Positions 24,455 to 38,368 of a DNA stretch of 64,000 nt are shown here, one piece after another. The first letter of the stretch is position 1. Each line of letters begins with the position of its first letter. The notes below the pieces were generated by a model. That model ran no database searches, was not told where the DNA came from, and saw only the letters and a program-made list of their open reading frames with translations. The stretch is taken from NCBI RefSeq assembly GCF_018977255.1, contig NW_024704742.1:9860001-9924000 (forward strand), read 5' to 3'. The DNA is from Callorhinchus milii. Taxonomy: Eukaryota. The translations under genes were made by a program, and so were the position numbers.

Positions 24455-24583
24455 ACCTTTCTTCATGAACCAATCGAAACGTTAACTAATTTTCCTCTCT
24501 CCATAGATGCTGCCTGACCTGCTGCTTGTTCCCAGCGACTTCTGTTGTTATTTCAGATTTCCATCATCTGCAGTATTTTGCCT
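24455..24583 (+). mobile_element. Penelope-like element terminal fragment, second copy
   Basis: cgaaacgttaac...ccatagatgctgcctgacctgctg...tttcagatttcca.catctgcagtattttg is the reverse complement of 14600-14700. Confidence 0.6.
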
Positions 24584-26769
24584 TATCTTTATAACAGGGT
24601 TCTACTGTACAGAACATGTACCCGTCGAAGTGCACTTTGCATGGATTTCAATATAATTTACATTATTTGTTTAGACTTGCAAAGGAAGTAAGAAACTCTT
24701 TCCTTTTAGCAGCAGTTATCAGTTACATGAATTCATCACATCAACCATAACTGTTGGCAGTCAGTAAAGTGCTGAGGCACTAATTCAGTGAGCAGTTTAG
24801 ATGAAAACATCCATTCTGGTAGTAACATCAACAAAGCGATGGAATATTACCTTAAACTCACCAGTTGGTTTTCTTATTGATTACATTGTTTGTAACTCAC
24901 ATTCCTGTATACCTATATTCTTATATTCACTTTCCATATCGTTCACGATAGAATGCAATTGAACGCGAGAGGAGGTAGAGTGTTTATGGAGTGATGTGAA
25001 GGATTAAATCATTCATGATAATGATGCTTTCATTTGATACAGCATCTGTCTTATCACATCGTGCAAGATGTCCCAAAACGCTTCACAGGACATACTGTAA
25101 AGTGTAGTGACTGTGTATTTGTGGTCAGCCAGCACAGCAATCGTCCCACAAACAACCATGGAGTGAGTGACCTATATTACTCCTACCTACCTCTGTGACC
25201 TGCTAACCCCTTATCAACCTGTCAACTCCCTCTGCTCAGCGGGCTCTGGCTTGCTCCACGTCCCCCACCTGGCCCACCCCACCATTGGCAGTCGGGTCTT
25301 CCTCCCTGCCCTCCACCCTCCCTGATCCCAGTACCCCTTTGCTCGGGCCCAAATCCCTGTCTGTCCAGCGCCTTGGGACGTCCTCCCAACTTGAAAGGCG
25401 CTATACAAATGTAATTTTGTATTTTATCTGGGGGATTGTTGGCCAGGACACTGGGAGGAACTCCTTTATCTTTTCTACAGTGCCATGGGATCTTTGACAT
25501 CCACCTGAACAGTTTAACAGCACCTCAAACAATGCAACACAATCTCAGTCCTGCATTGGAGTGTCAGCTTAGACTACCTGATTCCAAGTTCCGACGTGTG
25601 GCTTGAACACCCACAACTTTCTGACTCAGAGGCGAGAGTGCTACACATACAACTGAGCCAGACTGAAACAAATTTACTGTCAGAAGCATAAAGATTTTTG
25701 AGTTTTGTTTTGAAAGACCAGCAAACGCCTGAGATATGTGTGAATAACATGAAGACTGGTCCCATCAAAGTTATTAAATAGCTCCAAGGAACTACACTTA
25801 ACAAGTAATTATATATGAAGCACTACATAGGCTTTGCAGACTTTTCATGACCTGCTACAGATAAATTCGACTTTTCTTTTTATGTAATTACGTAGTTCAT
25901 TACATTTATAATGGCCCCATTCACGTCAGGAGGATGGCTCGTGAGACAAAGTACCAGCTCAAGATGGACTCAGCACCTGGCTCTCGCAAATTCCAGAAAA
26001 TTGTTCAGTTCAAAATGATTTTGTTATCACGTGGTTTTGTCATATTCATTAAAAGATATTTCTAATTCAGAAATTTAGCTGTGAGGCACGGAAAGCAAAC
26101 TACATTATAAAACATTTTGCATTACCTTTGCCTACAAAATACGCAGTCACTACACCTTACATTACATCCTTTGATGCACTTTGAGGCATCCTTCTAATCA
26201 GTGGCAGAGCCATTGGTCATTAGTGGTCCCACCTTCCTGTTGCTCTCCTCACTGCCTCAGGCCTCCAGCTCCTCCTATCTTCCTTTCACTCTCCATTGCA
26301 GCCTCTCACAAGGTTGTGCAAGGCACGAGTTAGTGCACAGAGTGATGGGAAGTGAGTCAGAGTGGGAAGCAAAGATGCCATACATACACCTATTAGCCGC
26401 TGGGGTGGCAACCTCCACACCTCCCCCCCAACCCCCTATTACCTCCCCCACTGCTCCCTATGTGAAAGGTACTATATCAAATGTAAGAATTATTATTATT
26501 CACATACTATCGCAGTTTATTTATTTTAGAAATTATTGTAAATGGTAACATGCAAATGCGAGTAGAGAAGCAGAGAAATCTGGTTTGTGGATACATACAT
26601 AGGCTTGTGGGACACTGCTGTGCACAATTGGCTGTGGTGTTTCGCCCACAAAATATACAGGCAATTCACTTTACAGTATATTTTGTGGAGCTCTTTTGAT
26701 ACGTCTCGAAGACGTAATAAGGCGCTATATCAAATGCAAGGATTATTATTATCATCATTATTAAAGGGG

Positions 26770-27190
26770 GCAGCACAGGGAGAGAAAAGACAGCAGAGAG
26801 ATGAAATCGGTGGCTTTATATCCAGAGGCTTAGTAAGGAGGTAATGATGAGCTAATGCTGAATGTAGACCATGGTTAGGGCTCAGCTGGAGTACTGTGTA
26901 CAGCTTTTGGCACCCCATTACAGGAAGTATGTGAAAGCCACAGAAAAGGTGCAATGTAAATTCACTGGGATGTCATTCGGGATGAGGGAGTTTCAGATAC
27001 TCAGACAGACTTGAGAAGCTAGGGCTTTTTTTTCACTAGAGTTGAGAAGGTTGGTGGGGGGGGGGGGGGGGGAGGTGGAGTAGGCGTGGTGACCTGACAG
27101 ACGTCTTCAGTATGAGAAACAGTATGTTAGTGTGAACAGAAATAGATTATTTGCACTGGTCAGGGAGTCAGGAACAAGAGAGCAAAATTA
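26770..27190 (+). mobile_element. Degraded CR1 fragment
   Basis: cagctggagtactgtgtacagcttttggcacccca (LEYCVQ..AP motif). Confidence 0.75.
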
Positions 27191-29063
27191 AACATGACCT
27201 TTCTGACCCCTCTTTAATTCCTTTCTTGGGTGGTTTTAGTCAACTGATCGCAATTGAGGCATTAAAAAATCCATTGAAAAAAAGTTCAGCAAGAGTGATA
27301 AATGCACCATTATTCAGAAGCGTGTGGAGTAAGGAAACTTGCCTAAAGTTTCGTCCTGCCCAGGAACTGAACCCAGCCCTCAAACCAAGTTTAACAAAGT
27401 GAAGCGAGAACTGTGCACTGACAACAACAACAAACAACAACAAATTACATTTATATAATGCCTTTCACGTCGGGATGATTCACGTCCCAAGGCGTTGGAC
27501 AGCCAAGGGCTTGCACCTGAGCTGAGGGTTGGTCGACAGGGCAAGTGGTCAAGGTGCAAGGTCGTGAAACGGGCCTTGAAGAAAGTAAGGGAGGGAGCGA
27601 GCTGGGAGACTCCAGGAGGGAGTTCCAGATGATGGGGGCAGAAATGCTGAAGGCCTGACCGCTGATGGTGGAGCGGCTAGGGCAGGGGACATGGAGCAGG
27701 CCATACTGGCTCATTGAAATGTAGAGAGCATCTGTGAACAGTGTCACTGGGAGCCAAGCAGAGGGCCTCTGTCTTGTCGACATTCAACTGGAAAAAGTTG
27801 GCCATCAGGACTTGATGGGTGACAAAAATCCGTCAGGACAGCAGTGGCCCAGGAGACGAGGGTGGAGGCAGAGAGATGGAGTTTGGTGTAATCTGCATAT
27901 ACGCATAAGATATATATTCTATATAGACGATATCACTGAGCAGAAGCACGTAAATATTGAAGAGAAGATTAAGGATTAAGGACAGAGCCCTGAGGAATGT
28001 GATGGTGCGAGGGCTGGAGGAGAAGCCAAAGTGGAGATGATGGGAAAAATAAGAGTGAAACATGTGACATGTGTGACCTAGACCATAGCTGACAGACAAA
28101 AATAACACCTGCAATATATGTAACGCCCTTCACATAGGATACCTCACAGAGACACTATGGATAAAGCAGGTGCCTTAGAGAGTTTGCACATGGCTGGGTT
28201 GCTCCTCTGTGAGCTGAACAGTTTGAATGTTACACAATGATGGCAAAATCTCAGCATTGCACATGCCTGAACTTTCACGCCCAAGATAAGGTCAGGCCTC
28301 AAAGTGTCAAAGTGCCTTCTCGGCTGCAGAATGTTGATTGTTTGCCTCTTTTGACGCCCTTTATCAGGATGTTATCCAGAATAATCGACTGTTCTGCCTC
28401 TGGCAAAAAAGCAGTTTTGTGTGGGGGAACATTGGGAGCGCTCCAAAATTACAACCAACACCTAATATTCTACACTGGTTAACATTAGCAACTTGAGAAA
28501 TCTCTCACCCCTTCTCTATTTCTCACCGAGGCTGGCAGGCTTCCTAGTAACACTTGGCAGGAACATAGCTGGAAATGAAGATTTCACTGTTGCAACAAAA
28601 GTTGCAAAAAAAAACTCTGTCATAATAAGGATGGAGTACTTTGGAATAATAATAATTCTTGCATTTGATATAGTGCTTTCACATCTTCCCGAAGTCTCAA
28701 TTGCACATAGCAGTGTCCCACAAACAGGCATGGATTGAAGTGACCAATTTATTATTGCTTTGTTTTTGTTTTTCTTGAGGGATTATTATCAGGAGGGTGG
28801 AGTAAGGAAACTTGGCCAAGGTTTCTCCCTGCTGGGAATTGAACCCAGGTTTCTCTGTTGCGAGGCGAGTGCTCTAACCATTGTGCTACAGGACTCCACA
28901 ATGATCTAATGATTAAATATTAGTCCGTCACAATTGTATTTTCAAGGAAAGCCCCTCACAAACCGCCTTGTTCTCAACGCTAATACAGGTGGGGAAATAA
29001 GAGTTTGTGTCCACCACAAGTTTCAGAATGAACTCATCGGACAACTGTTTCCTGTGCAGTGCA

Positions 29064-29507
29064 GGGGTTCCTGTAGCTCAGTGGTTAAAGCACTCGCCTC
29101 GCAAGTGAGAGACCTGGGTTCAACTCCCACCAGGGCAAAATGTTGGGCAAGTTTCCTTACTCCACATGCCTCTGTTTACCTAGCAGTCAATAGAAACCCG
29201 GTTGTTAAGCGCTCTGAGACTCTACCTTGCATGGAGGGTGCTATATAAGTGCAAGTAGCTGTTGCTGTTAGTCGATTGGCAGATCGCATTTCCGGGAGTA
29301 ATAAATCCTTCCAAAAAAAATAATAATTTGGTCACTCAATCCACGATTGTTTGTGGGACACTGCTGTGCGTTATTGGCTGCCCTTTTCGACCAGCAAATA
29401 TACAGTCAGTCCATTTTACAGTATATTCTGTGAAGCGCTTTGAGACCTCTCGAAGATGTGATATTAAAGAGCTATATCAAATGCAAGGAATATTATTATT
29501 ATTTATT
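29064..29507 (+). mobile_element. tRNA-headed SINE interrupted by a ~60-bp L2 tail insertion (29208-29265)
   Basis: The SINE body is split at ccggttgtta|gtcgattggc, with TGTTA duplicated on both sides of the insert. Confidence 0.85.
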
Positions 29508-31217
29508 ATAAGTTCTCCATTGTCAGAGGTGCCGTCCTGGGGATGAGACTTTAAACCGAGGTCTCATCAGCTGGTTCAGGTGGATGTTAAAGATCCCACA
29601 GCACTATTCAAAAAGAGAAGGGAATTTCCCCCAGAGTCCTGGCCATCAATCATTTCTTGGCTGATTGTTGGACTGCAGTGTGTAACTGACTGCTGTGTTA
29701 CTGCAAACAGTCACCACACTTGAGAGCAATGGCCTGTGCAGCCTTTGAAACATTGTCACTATAGGCACCATCAAATACAAAGGTCAGGATAACATTGAAG
29801 GGGGACAAAATTACAATCTTGGCATTAGAAATAGTGCAATTCACATCGGGACCACATTTCAAAGCACTTTACAACAATAACAACAATTTGCATTTATCTA
29901 GCATTCCTCAGGCTCAGTGGTGTCTCGAAGAGCGTTACAGGATACACTTTAAAATATAGTGACTGTGCATCTTGTCGTAAACGTTGTGTACCAATAACAC
30001 TGTAGATGCATAGAGTGGTATGCAGTACTCAATAAGCGCCTTAGGACATCCTCCTAATGAGAAAGGTGCTTTACAAATGTAATTTTGCATTGTACTGTAA
30101 TAGAATATTAACACTGATAGTTAATACTAAGAGTTGGCATTTGCAATTAATGGTCTTTAATATACATTTAACATTAAGTATACAAAGAGCAGTACATTTG
30201 CAGATCTTTACTGGGAATTTTATTTTCATAATTTGCAATTTCTGCAACCCAATTAAATAGCAACCCATGAATACCACAATATCTAATTAGTCTTCAATAC
30301 ACTCTGCCCCTTAGAATTTTGAATATCTCTATTAAATCTCCCTATTAAACCTTCTGTTCTCTAAGGAGAACAATTCCAGCCTCGCTAGTCTTTCTACATA
30401 ATTGTTATCCCTCAACTCTGGTATTATTCCAGTAAATCTCCTCTGCACCCTCTACAAGGCCATGTCATTCTTCCTAAAGTGTAGTGCCCAGAAAGATATT
30501 GAAAGGAATTGCAGAGGTGGGGAAATCACAGGTTAATGGGACTAAAAGGATTGCTCTTTCAAAGTGCCAACAAATACACAATGGGAACAGTGGCTTTGTT
30601 GTAAACAGTGCTGTAAATTCAATGGTTCTCTGACTGAAGAACAAGGGACAGGGAAAATTCAGTTCTGTCAATATCTAACAGCTAGACAGGCTTATCATTA
30701 TTAATAATCCTTGCATTGGATATAGTGCCTATCACACCTTCAAGACGTCTCAAAGCGCTGCACAGCACCTACTGTGAAGGGTAGTGACTGTATACTTTGT
30801 GAGTGAAAATACACAGTATCTTATCAAATTCTTATCCGAGTTTTTACCTGTGATTTTTTGTTTATGTGCGCCACTTGGAAATGCTATTTTTAAGTTTAGA
30901 ATTTCCCGTCAGTCTGAATATGGTCATTGCTCTCAGCCAAAACTACGCGTTCATAATTCACTGGAAGCTGAACTGAAAGCGCTTTCAGCCACTAAGTCCC
31001 GAAGCTCTGGAACACTCTCCCTCAATCCCTCCACCTTGACCCCTCTCTCCCCTTACTCAAGTCCCGCATGAAAAGCTTCCTCTTTGACCATGCTTATAGT
31101 CACCTCCCCCGCCCCAGCTCGGAGTCAGGCTCCACCAAGTGGTCTGAGATGTTACCCTGCGTGGAGGGCGCTATGTAAGTGCAAATTGTTGTTGCTGAAC
31201 GCTCACAAACAGACTAT

Positions 31218-31617
31218 TCAGGCGCTGACAGCATCAGCATCCAAGGCTGCACTCTCCACCTCTCAAAGCCGGTCAGGAACCTCGGGGCTCTGTTCGATCC
31301 TGAGCTGTCCTTTCTTCCTCATATCCGCGCCACAACTGGAACCTCCTTCCATCACCTCCGAAACATCGCCAGACTACGGCACTACCTCACCCCTCACGCT
31401 GCTGAAACTCTGGTCCACGCCTTTATCACCTCAAGGCTGGACTATGGGAACTCTGGCTCCGGTCTGCTCCACGTCCCCCGCCCCAACCGCCCTACCATCG
31501 GTGGCCGGGACTTCAGCCTCTCAGCCCCGAGGCTCTGGAACTCCATCCCCCAGTGCCTTCGCCGCCTCCTCCCTTTCCTCCTTCAAGGCCGGTCTCAAGA
31601 CCTTTCTCTTTGACCAT
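31218..31617 (+). mobile_element. L2 fragment with internal 255-nt deletion
   Basis: Closely matches 35717-36353 but jumps from DYGNS to GSGLLH. Confidence 0.88.
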
Positions 31618-34600
31618 TTTACTGAAGGGCAGAACAATACATGTCTTTGCTCTGTTCGTTTTAAAGACGTTCTTATTTTAAGTAATACAGGCTGCTAACC
31701 ATTTGGGGAATGGCAAATCCTCCTCTCTCAAACAGGCTCCACAGAGGGGAACAAAACACAATTATTGAGAGTTGCGCTTTATTCAAAATTCAGGTTATCA
31801 AGTTACACTGAAGATGAAAGAAGAGCTCTCAGTGCTCGAAGCAGTTCAGATATTAAAGCAAAATACACCGTTCCCATATTAGGGAATAAAAACAGAATCT
31901 CAGTAAAATTCTAACAGAGGCAGCAATTCATGAGCGAGATAAGTGGCTATTTATTGAAAGATGTGAAGGTTTCTCATGATTTTAATGATAAGAGATCTCT
32001 GATAAGTAATATCATCCCAGTCTTCTCCAGTTCCTCCAGTCACTAATGATAGGTCAAACTACTCATCTTTGGTACGTGTCATGCTAGCAAATCTTTTCTG
32101 CACCCTCTCTATGACTTTGAACTTCTTCCTTTCAGGGCACATTGTGAAACAGCACCTGAAACTCAGTGTTTAATCTGGTAACAGATTTTGATGGATCCTT
32201 TCAATAAAATAATGGAGTGCGGGCGGACGGGTGGCAGAGAGGGAGAGAGAGAGAAAGTGTAGAGAGATTGGTCTGTTCCTCGGACCAATCGGGGAATGAT
32301 GAAGCAGTAAATAAGCTAAGAATAAGGCTGTGCGTCAGGATGATGAGGGTCACTACAGTCAGGCCATTTTGTGGTGATCTAGCAAGTCAACGATTAATAC
32401 ACGGCTATGAATCATTGATGAGAATGAGCACGAAAGGCAAAAAATTATTGATGAAGGGAAAGAGCCATCACTCACCCTCAAACGGATTTACTTATTCAGA
32501 AGAAAGGTAGAGGAAGTGCAGCAGGCATCAATCAGAAGCCACGGTTTTATCACGGTCACAAAGGTACAATAAATGACCAGCGAGCATCACAGTGGCAAAA
32601 ATATTCCTTTCATTATTTCTGGGTGTAATAATCCATTAAAAAAAATTATAATTTGGTTACTCAATCCACACAGTGGGACAATGCTTTGTGCAATTGGCTG
32701 CCACGTTTCGGCCACAAAATACATACACAAAGTACACTTTACAGTATATCCTGTGAAGGACTTTGAGACATCTCAAAGACATGATAAGGCGCTATATCAA
32801 ATTCAAGGATTATTATTATTTTATTTATTATAAAAATAATCAAGTTAGCTTATGTGTGACATACAACAGCTGAGGAGCAAGTCCAGGAACACTCAGGTGT
32901 ATGTTAGCCTGGTATAGAGAGATGGCAACCTCTGGCCTTGTTCTCCACAGGTCACTGCAGACATCCGTTGTTCCCCATCATCCCACCAGCATTCAATGAG
33001 CCGGAAGGGATTGCAGTCTGCTATTAATCAGTGATGGATGATGTGATATCTGGATAGCCCAGGGTCATGGTGAAGTGAACTAATTAATGGTGGTTAGGAA
33101 CGAAAGTCACTGCATATTAGAAGCTTATGTGAACAAGGAGCAGGCGGCTGCTACTGGACTAGCTTGGCCTGCACATCTGCAGATTGGAAATAGTGTCCAT
33201 TACCCCATCACAACACCGGTGACCTTTACAGTCGCATCCTGAGGTCAATCTTTAAAATATTATAATAACCCTTGCATTTGATATAGCGTCTTATCATGTC
33301 TTCAAAACGTCTCAAAGCATTTCACAGAATATACTGCAAAATGAATCAACTGTATATTTCATAGCTGCGATATGCAGTTTCAAGCATCTAGGCTTATGGT
33401 TGCCCTAGAGCTAACAGAAGTTCAGTCTCTGTGCCCAGTAATTAAGAAGTGGTGTTTTGAGAAGCGCTGAGGTGCTCAGGGTTAAAGAATAAAGTATGCA
33501 TTTGCCAACATGCATTTCTCATGGGCTTTGTGATGAGCCACCTGCACAGATAACCTATACAGCCCATTATCTGTCAGTGAAAGAAGAACATAAAATGAAC
33601 TGCCTTAGTCACTGTGTGCAGCAGAACTGGAAGCACAGTAATAATAATTTTATTACATTTTATATTTGATGTCATGCACCAATACTATTGAAACATCTCA
33701 AAGCACTTTACAGGATTCATTGTAAAATGTAGTGACTGTGTATTTGTGGCGAATGCGGCAGCCAATTTGCACACAGCAGTGTCCCATAAAAAACTCATGA
33801 AAAGAATGTCCAATGTCATAACAATAATAATCATAAATTTTTATCAGGGGGTTTGTGAGTATTTTAACTGAAAACCTACAAGTCAGAGAAGCTCAGAGAA
33901 GTCAGAGAAACTGACTTGTCAGAGAAACTACTCATTTGGAATTAACAAATAAGACTTAGTTTATGGGCATCTCTTTTAAACCTCCTCTCCTTATTCTTCC
34001 TCCCAAAATGCATAACCTCATATTCGTCTGCATTAAATTTCACTTGCCATTTCTCTGCCTGATCAACCAATCTGTTACGTGCCTCTGAAGTTGCTTACCC
34101 AAAGCAAATCAAACTCAAAAAAAATCTTGCTTTATTGGTTCACTTGCAATTTTTAATAGAAAGTTCAAAATGATTCCCATCAGTGAAGTCAACAGCCGGT
34201 TGGTCAAACTATTCTTTCCCACCCACCGGCAGAAACAAAGCCAGCACCAAAAGAAACACTGCATAGTAGGCTGCAAGAAATGGAAAATGAACAGGACTTT
34301 GATCAGAGATATAATCATAAAATCATCGGCACTGGTGCAAGAATTATATTAGCCACCAGTAGGACACACGAGCTGGAAAATGGTGACCTTTCACGAGGCG
34401 CAAAGTGTTGGATTGAGTTGGTGTGTTAGCCTGACTCAGTTGGTAGCACTCTCACCCCTGAATCAGAAGTCAGAAGGTTTAGGGATCAAGTCAGGATTTG
34501 AACATCATCTAGTCTAAGGTGATACAATGACGCTGCATTGTTGGAGGTGACGTCCTTCAGATGAGATGGTAAACCATCCAGGGCTTTGTTCAGGCGATCG

Positions 34601-35016
34601 CAGATGACCCCGTGGCACTATTTGAAGAGAGAAGGGAGTTGCTCTCTCCGATTATCCTGGTCAACAATACCCCAAATAAAATTGAGCACTCACTCTATGG
34701 CCCTTTGTGGGACATTGCTGCATGTAAATTTGCTGCTGCGTTTACCTAGAAAACTAACAATCACCCAATTTTACAAGGAACCCAAGATGACTAGGGGTTC
34801 AGTCCTGCTTCCATTAGATGCCACTATTCTTACCACCATCCCTTTACCAAGTTCCCCTTTCTCCTGCCCCTAAACCTGGTCTCAGGACTGCACTGCCACT
34901 AGGTGGCTGTTCAGAATTCAGCTTTCCCACTCAGCAACCTCACCAGTTGAATTCAATGGCACTGTGACATTTGTATTCCTGCCACGTTCACCTCAAAAAT
35001 TCAGTCACTTGCTTTT

Positions 35017-35120
35017 GGAGTCCTGTAGCTTGGTGGTTAGAGAATTTGCCTCGCAAGTGAGAGGACCAGGCTGGGTTCTCGGCAGGGCGAAACATTAGGT
35101 AAGTTTCCTTACTCCACACA
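35017..35120 (+). mobile_element. 5' half of the SINE split by the L2 (3' half at 36525-36755)
   Basis: ggagtcctgtagct...gtttccttactccacaca, resuming after the L2 at ggaacccggttgttag. Confidence 0.85.
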
Positions 35121-36523
35121 CAGCTGCGCTCTTTCCTCTCCACCCATTCATTATTCGAACCCCTTCAGTCGGGTTTCCGTGCTGCCCATAGCACAGAAAC
35201 TGCCCTGGTCAAGGTCACCAATGACATCCTGACCATCTGTGACCAGGGCTCCCTCTGCCTCCTCGTCCTCCTCGACCTATCGGCAGCATTCGATACAGTC
35301 GACCACGCTATCCTCCTCCACCGCTTGTCCTCCCACCTCAACCTTCAAGGCCCTGTCCTCGAGTGGTTTAGGTTGTACCTCTCCCACCATCTTCACTTTG
35401 TCTCCACGAATGGTTTTACCTCCAGCCCCCGCACTGTCTCGTGCAGTGTCCCTCAAGGCTCTGTCCTCGGTCCCTCCTCTTCACCCTCTACATGCTCCCC
35501 CTGTGGTGACATCATCCGCAGACATGGGGTTAACTTCCACATGTATGCGGATGACACCCAACTCTACCTTTCCTCCTCTACCCTCAACTCCACGACCACC
35601 GATGTCCTGACAGCTGCCTGTCCGACATCGAGTCCTGGACGAGAGACAACTTTCTTCAGCTCAACGTGCGCAAAACTGAGGCCCTCCTGATTGGCTCACG
35701 TCAGCGCCTCCGCACCTCAGGCGCTGACAGCATCAGCATCCAAGGCTGCACTCTCCACCTCTCAAAGCCAGTCAGGAACCTCGGGGTTCTGCTCGACCCT
35801 GAGCTGTCCTTTCTCTCTCATATCCGCACCACAACTGGCACCGCCTTCCATCACCTCCGGAACATCGCCAGATTACGTCACTACCTCACGCTGCTGAAAC
35901 CCTGGTCCACGCGTTTATCACCTCAAGGCTGGACTATGGGAACTCTCTCCTCTCCGGCCTTCCTGGCACCTCCCTCCACAAGCTGCAGGTCATTCAGAAC
36001 TCTGCAGCTCGTGTACTGTCCCGCACCAGGCTTCGCGACCACATCACTCCCACCCTCGCTCGCCTCCACTGGCTCCCCATCCCCCAGAGGATCGAATTCA
36101 AGATCCTCATCCTCACCTACAAGGCCATTCACGGCCTTGCTCCCTCCTACCTCTCCGACCTACTATCCCCCTATCTACCTGCCCGTACCCTCCGTTCCTC
36201 TGGTTCTGGTCTGCTCCACATCCCCCGTCCCACCATCGGTGGCCGGGCCTTCAGCCTCTCAGCCCCCAGGCTCTGGAACTCTATCCCCCAGTGCCTTCGC
36301 CGCCTCCTCCCTTTCCTCCTTCAAGGCCGGTCTCAAGACCTTTCTCTTTGACCGTGCCTTCAGCTCCCCTCTCGACTCTCTACCCCCTCCTCGCTCCCTC
36401 CCTTCCCTCCCCTCACCCTGACCATTTCCCCCCTGCTCGGGTCCTGACCCAACTGTACAGCGCCTTGGGACGTCCTCCCGACGTGGAAGGCGCTCTATAA
36501 ATGGAATCTTGTTGTTGTTGTTG
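35121..36523 (+). mobile_element. 5'-truncated young L2 LINE (RT domain to 3' tail, frameshifted), inserted into a SINE
   Basis: QSGFRAAHSTETALVKVTNDIL, LLDLSAAFDTVDH, VPQGSVLGP, HMYADDTQLYL and [13 protein letters not shown] motifs, then tail agcgccttgggacgtcctcccgacgtggaaggcgct and (GTT)n. Confidence 0.95.
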
Positions 36524-37549
36524 TGGAACCCGGTTGTTAGTCAATTGGCAGATTGCTTTTCCAGTGGTAATAATTCCTTCAAAAATAATTTGGTCACTCA
36601 ATCCACAACTCTTTGTGGGACACTGCTGTGCACAATTGGCTTCCGTAATTCGCCCACAAAATATACAGTCATTCACTTAACAATATATTCTGTGAAGCGC
36701 TGTGAGACATCTCGAAGACGTGATGAGACGTTATAAGTAAGTATTATTATTATAATGAATCCTATGAAGCACCTCTGAAACATCCTCTGTAAGTGAAAGG
36801 TATTTTATCAAATATAACGATAATTATTATTATAAGAATAAATAATAATCCTTGCATTTGATGTAGCACATCAGTGAGACATAATAATACTTACATTCAG
36901 TGTATTTAGTAAAGCGCCTTTCATGTCAGGAGGATGTCTCAAAGTGCTTCACATACTATAAAGTGTAGTGACTATATTTGTAGGTGAATGCGGCAGCTAA
37001 TTTGCGCACTGCAATGTCCCACAAACAGCCCTGAAATGAAAGACCAGTGTTATAATAACAATGTGTCAACTCATTCTGCAGTGATTAGAGAACACAAGTG
37101 CGTTTGTGCCATACAGAGATGTTTCAGAAGCAGGTTACCAAACAACTCAACAATTAATGGCGCACCATTGCTTCACAGAAAGTTAACATTGAGCTCATAG
37201 TTGAAGGTACAGGCTTTGCCATCAAATTACAATTACTCTTTACTTAACATGATGTAAAGGACCCATTATGTTGAGCCATAATGGGTCTTTACATCATGTG
37301 GAGTGTGGAGACAGTGTCTGACATTAGTTCTTGTGGCACATTACTCTGCAGCGCTATTGCTGTCAAATCTCAAGGTTTTCCACTGATTTTTGTGTTTCTG
37401 AGTCCCCTTCTCAGAAACCCAGTGCGTCCCGGAGTGATGGAAGTGATGATTATTGTGCTCCCACACTTGTCCTGACCACTCACCCTGATGAGATCACCAT
37501 GGCAAACCAGCAGGGAGACTGCCATTACTCATCAGCCATTACATCAGAT

Positions 37550-38368
37550 ACTGGCAGCATCACTCCACCTCACCAAGCTAGTCAGGAACCTAGGAGTCTT
37601 GTTCGATCCTCAACTGTCCTTTCTCCCCCTATATCCGTGCCATGACCCGCTCTGCCTTCTCCCACCTTCCCAACATTGCCCGACTCCACTGCCTCACCCC
37701 TCAGGCGGTCAAAATCCTCATACACGCATTCGTCACCTCAAGGATCGACTACGGAAACTCCCTCCTTGTCGGCCTCCCCAACTCTTCCCTCCACAAGCTG
37801 CAGATCATCCAGAACTCTGCAGCTCGAGTCCTCTCCCGCACTAGGCTCGTGACCCCATCACCCCCTCCCTCATCCGGCTCCACTGGCTCCCCATCCCTCA
37901 GAGGATAGAATTCAAAATCTCGTCCTCACTTTCAAGGCACTCCATGGCCTTGCCCCCCCCCCGCCCCACACCTCTCTGACCTGATGATCCCCAATCAACC
38001 TGTCCACTCCCTCTGTTCAGGCGGCTCCGGTCTGCTCCAGGTCTCCCACCCAACCCACTCTACCATTGGTGGCCGGGCTTTCAGTCTCTCTGCCCCCACC
38101 CTTTGGAACTCCATCCCACAATCCCTTCGCCTCGCACCCTTGCTTGCCTCCTTCAATGTACATCTCAAGACCCTCCTTTTCGACAGTGCCTTCAGCCGCC
38201 TTCCTCCCCCCTCTGCCCTCCCTCCCTCCCTCCCAACCCTGCCCTCCCCCCCAACCCTGCCCTCACCCCCATGCTCAGATCCTGATCCCCGACTGTTCAG
38301 CGCCTTGGGACATTCTCCCAATGTGAAAAGCGCTTTACAAATGTAATTTTATTGTTGTTATTGTTATT
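37550..38368 (+). mobile_element. L2 LINE 3' fragment
   Basis: VRNLGVLFDPQLSF...HAFVTSRIDYGNSLLVGLP...IQNSAARVL...[17 protein letters not shown], followed by the L2 tail. Confidence 0.92.

Noticed and set aside
27055..27072. Poly-G runs (also 18667-18687 and 62975-62989) as G-quadruplex elements
   Set aside because: Simple homopolymers, one inside a CR1 remnant. They are C-runs on the transcribed strand and nothing indicates function.
31808..31845. Hammerhead-like tgaaagaa-gagc..gctc-gaag
   Set aside because: Both catalytic boxes are imperfect and there is no second copy or recognisable element context.
32476..32490. Possible 15-nt stop-containing microexon (pyrimidine tract, aag, TAAATCCGTTTGAGG, gtgagt) on the gene strand
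   Set aside because: The AAG acceptor is weak and there is no supporting evidence. Such patterns are expected by chance in a 24-kb intron.
35239..36421. Overlapping ORFs up to 251 aa as a functional reverse transcriptase gene
   Set aside because: This is a 5'-truncated, frameshifted L2 with no endonuclease or ORF1, so it is not autonomous.
37443..37535. C/D-box-like motifs (GTGATGA...CTGA) and a CTGATGAG...CTCATCAG hairpin
   Set aside because: The spacing is too short for a snoRNA, the motifs are antisense to the host gene, and there is no GAAA core for a hammerhead.
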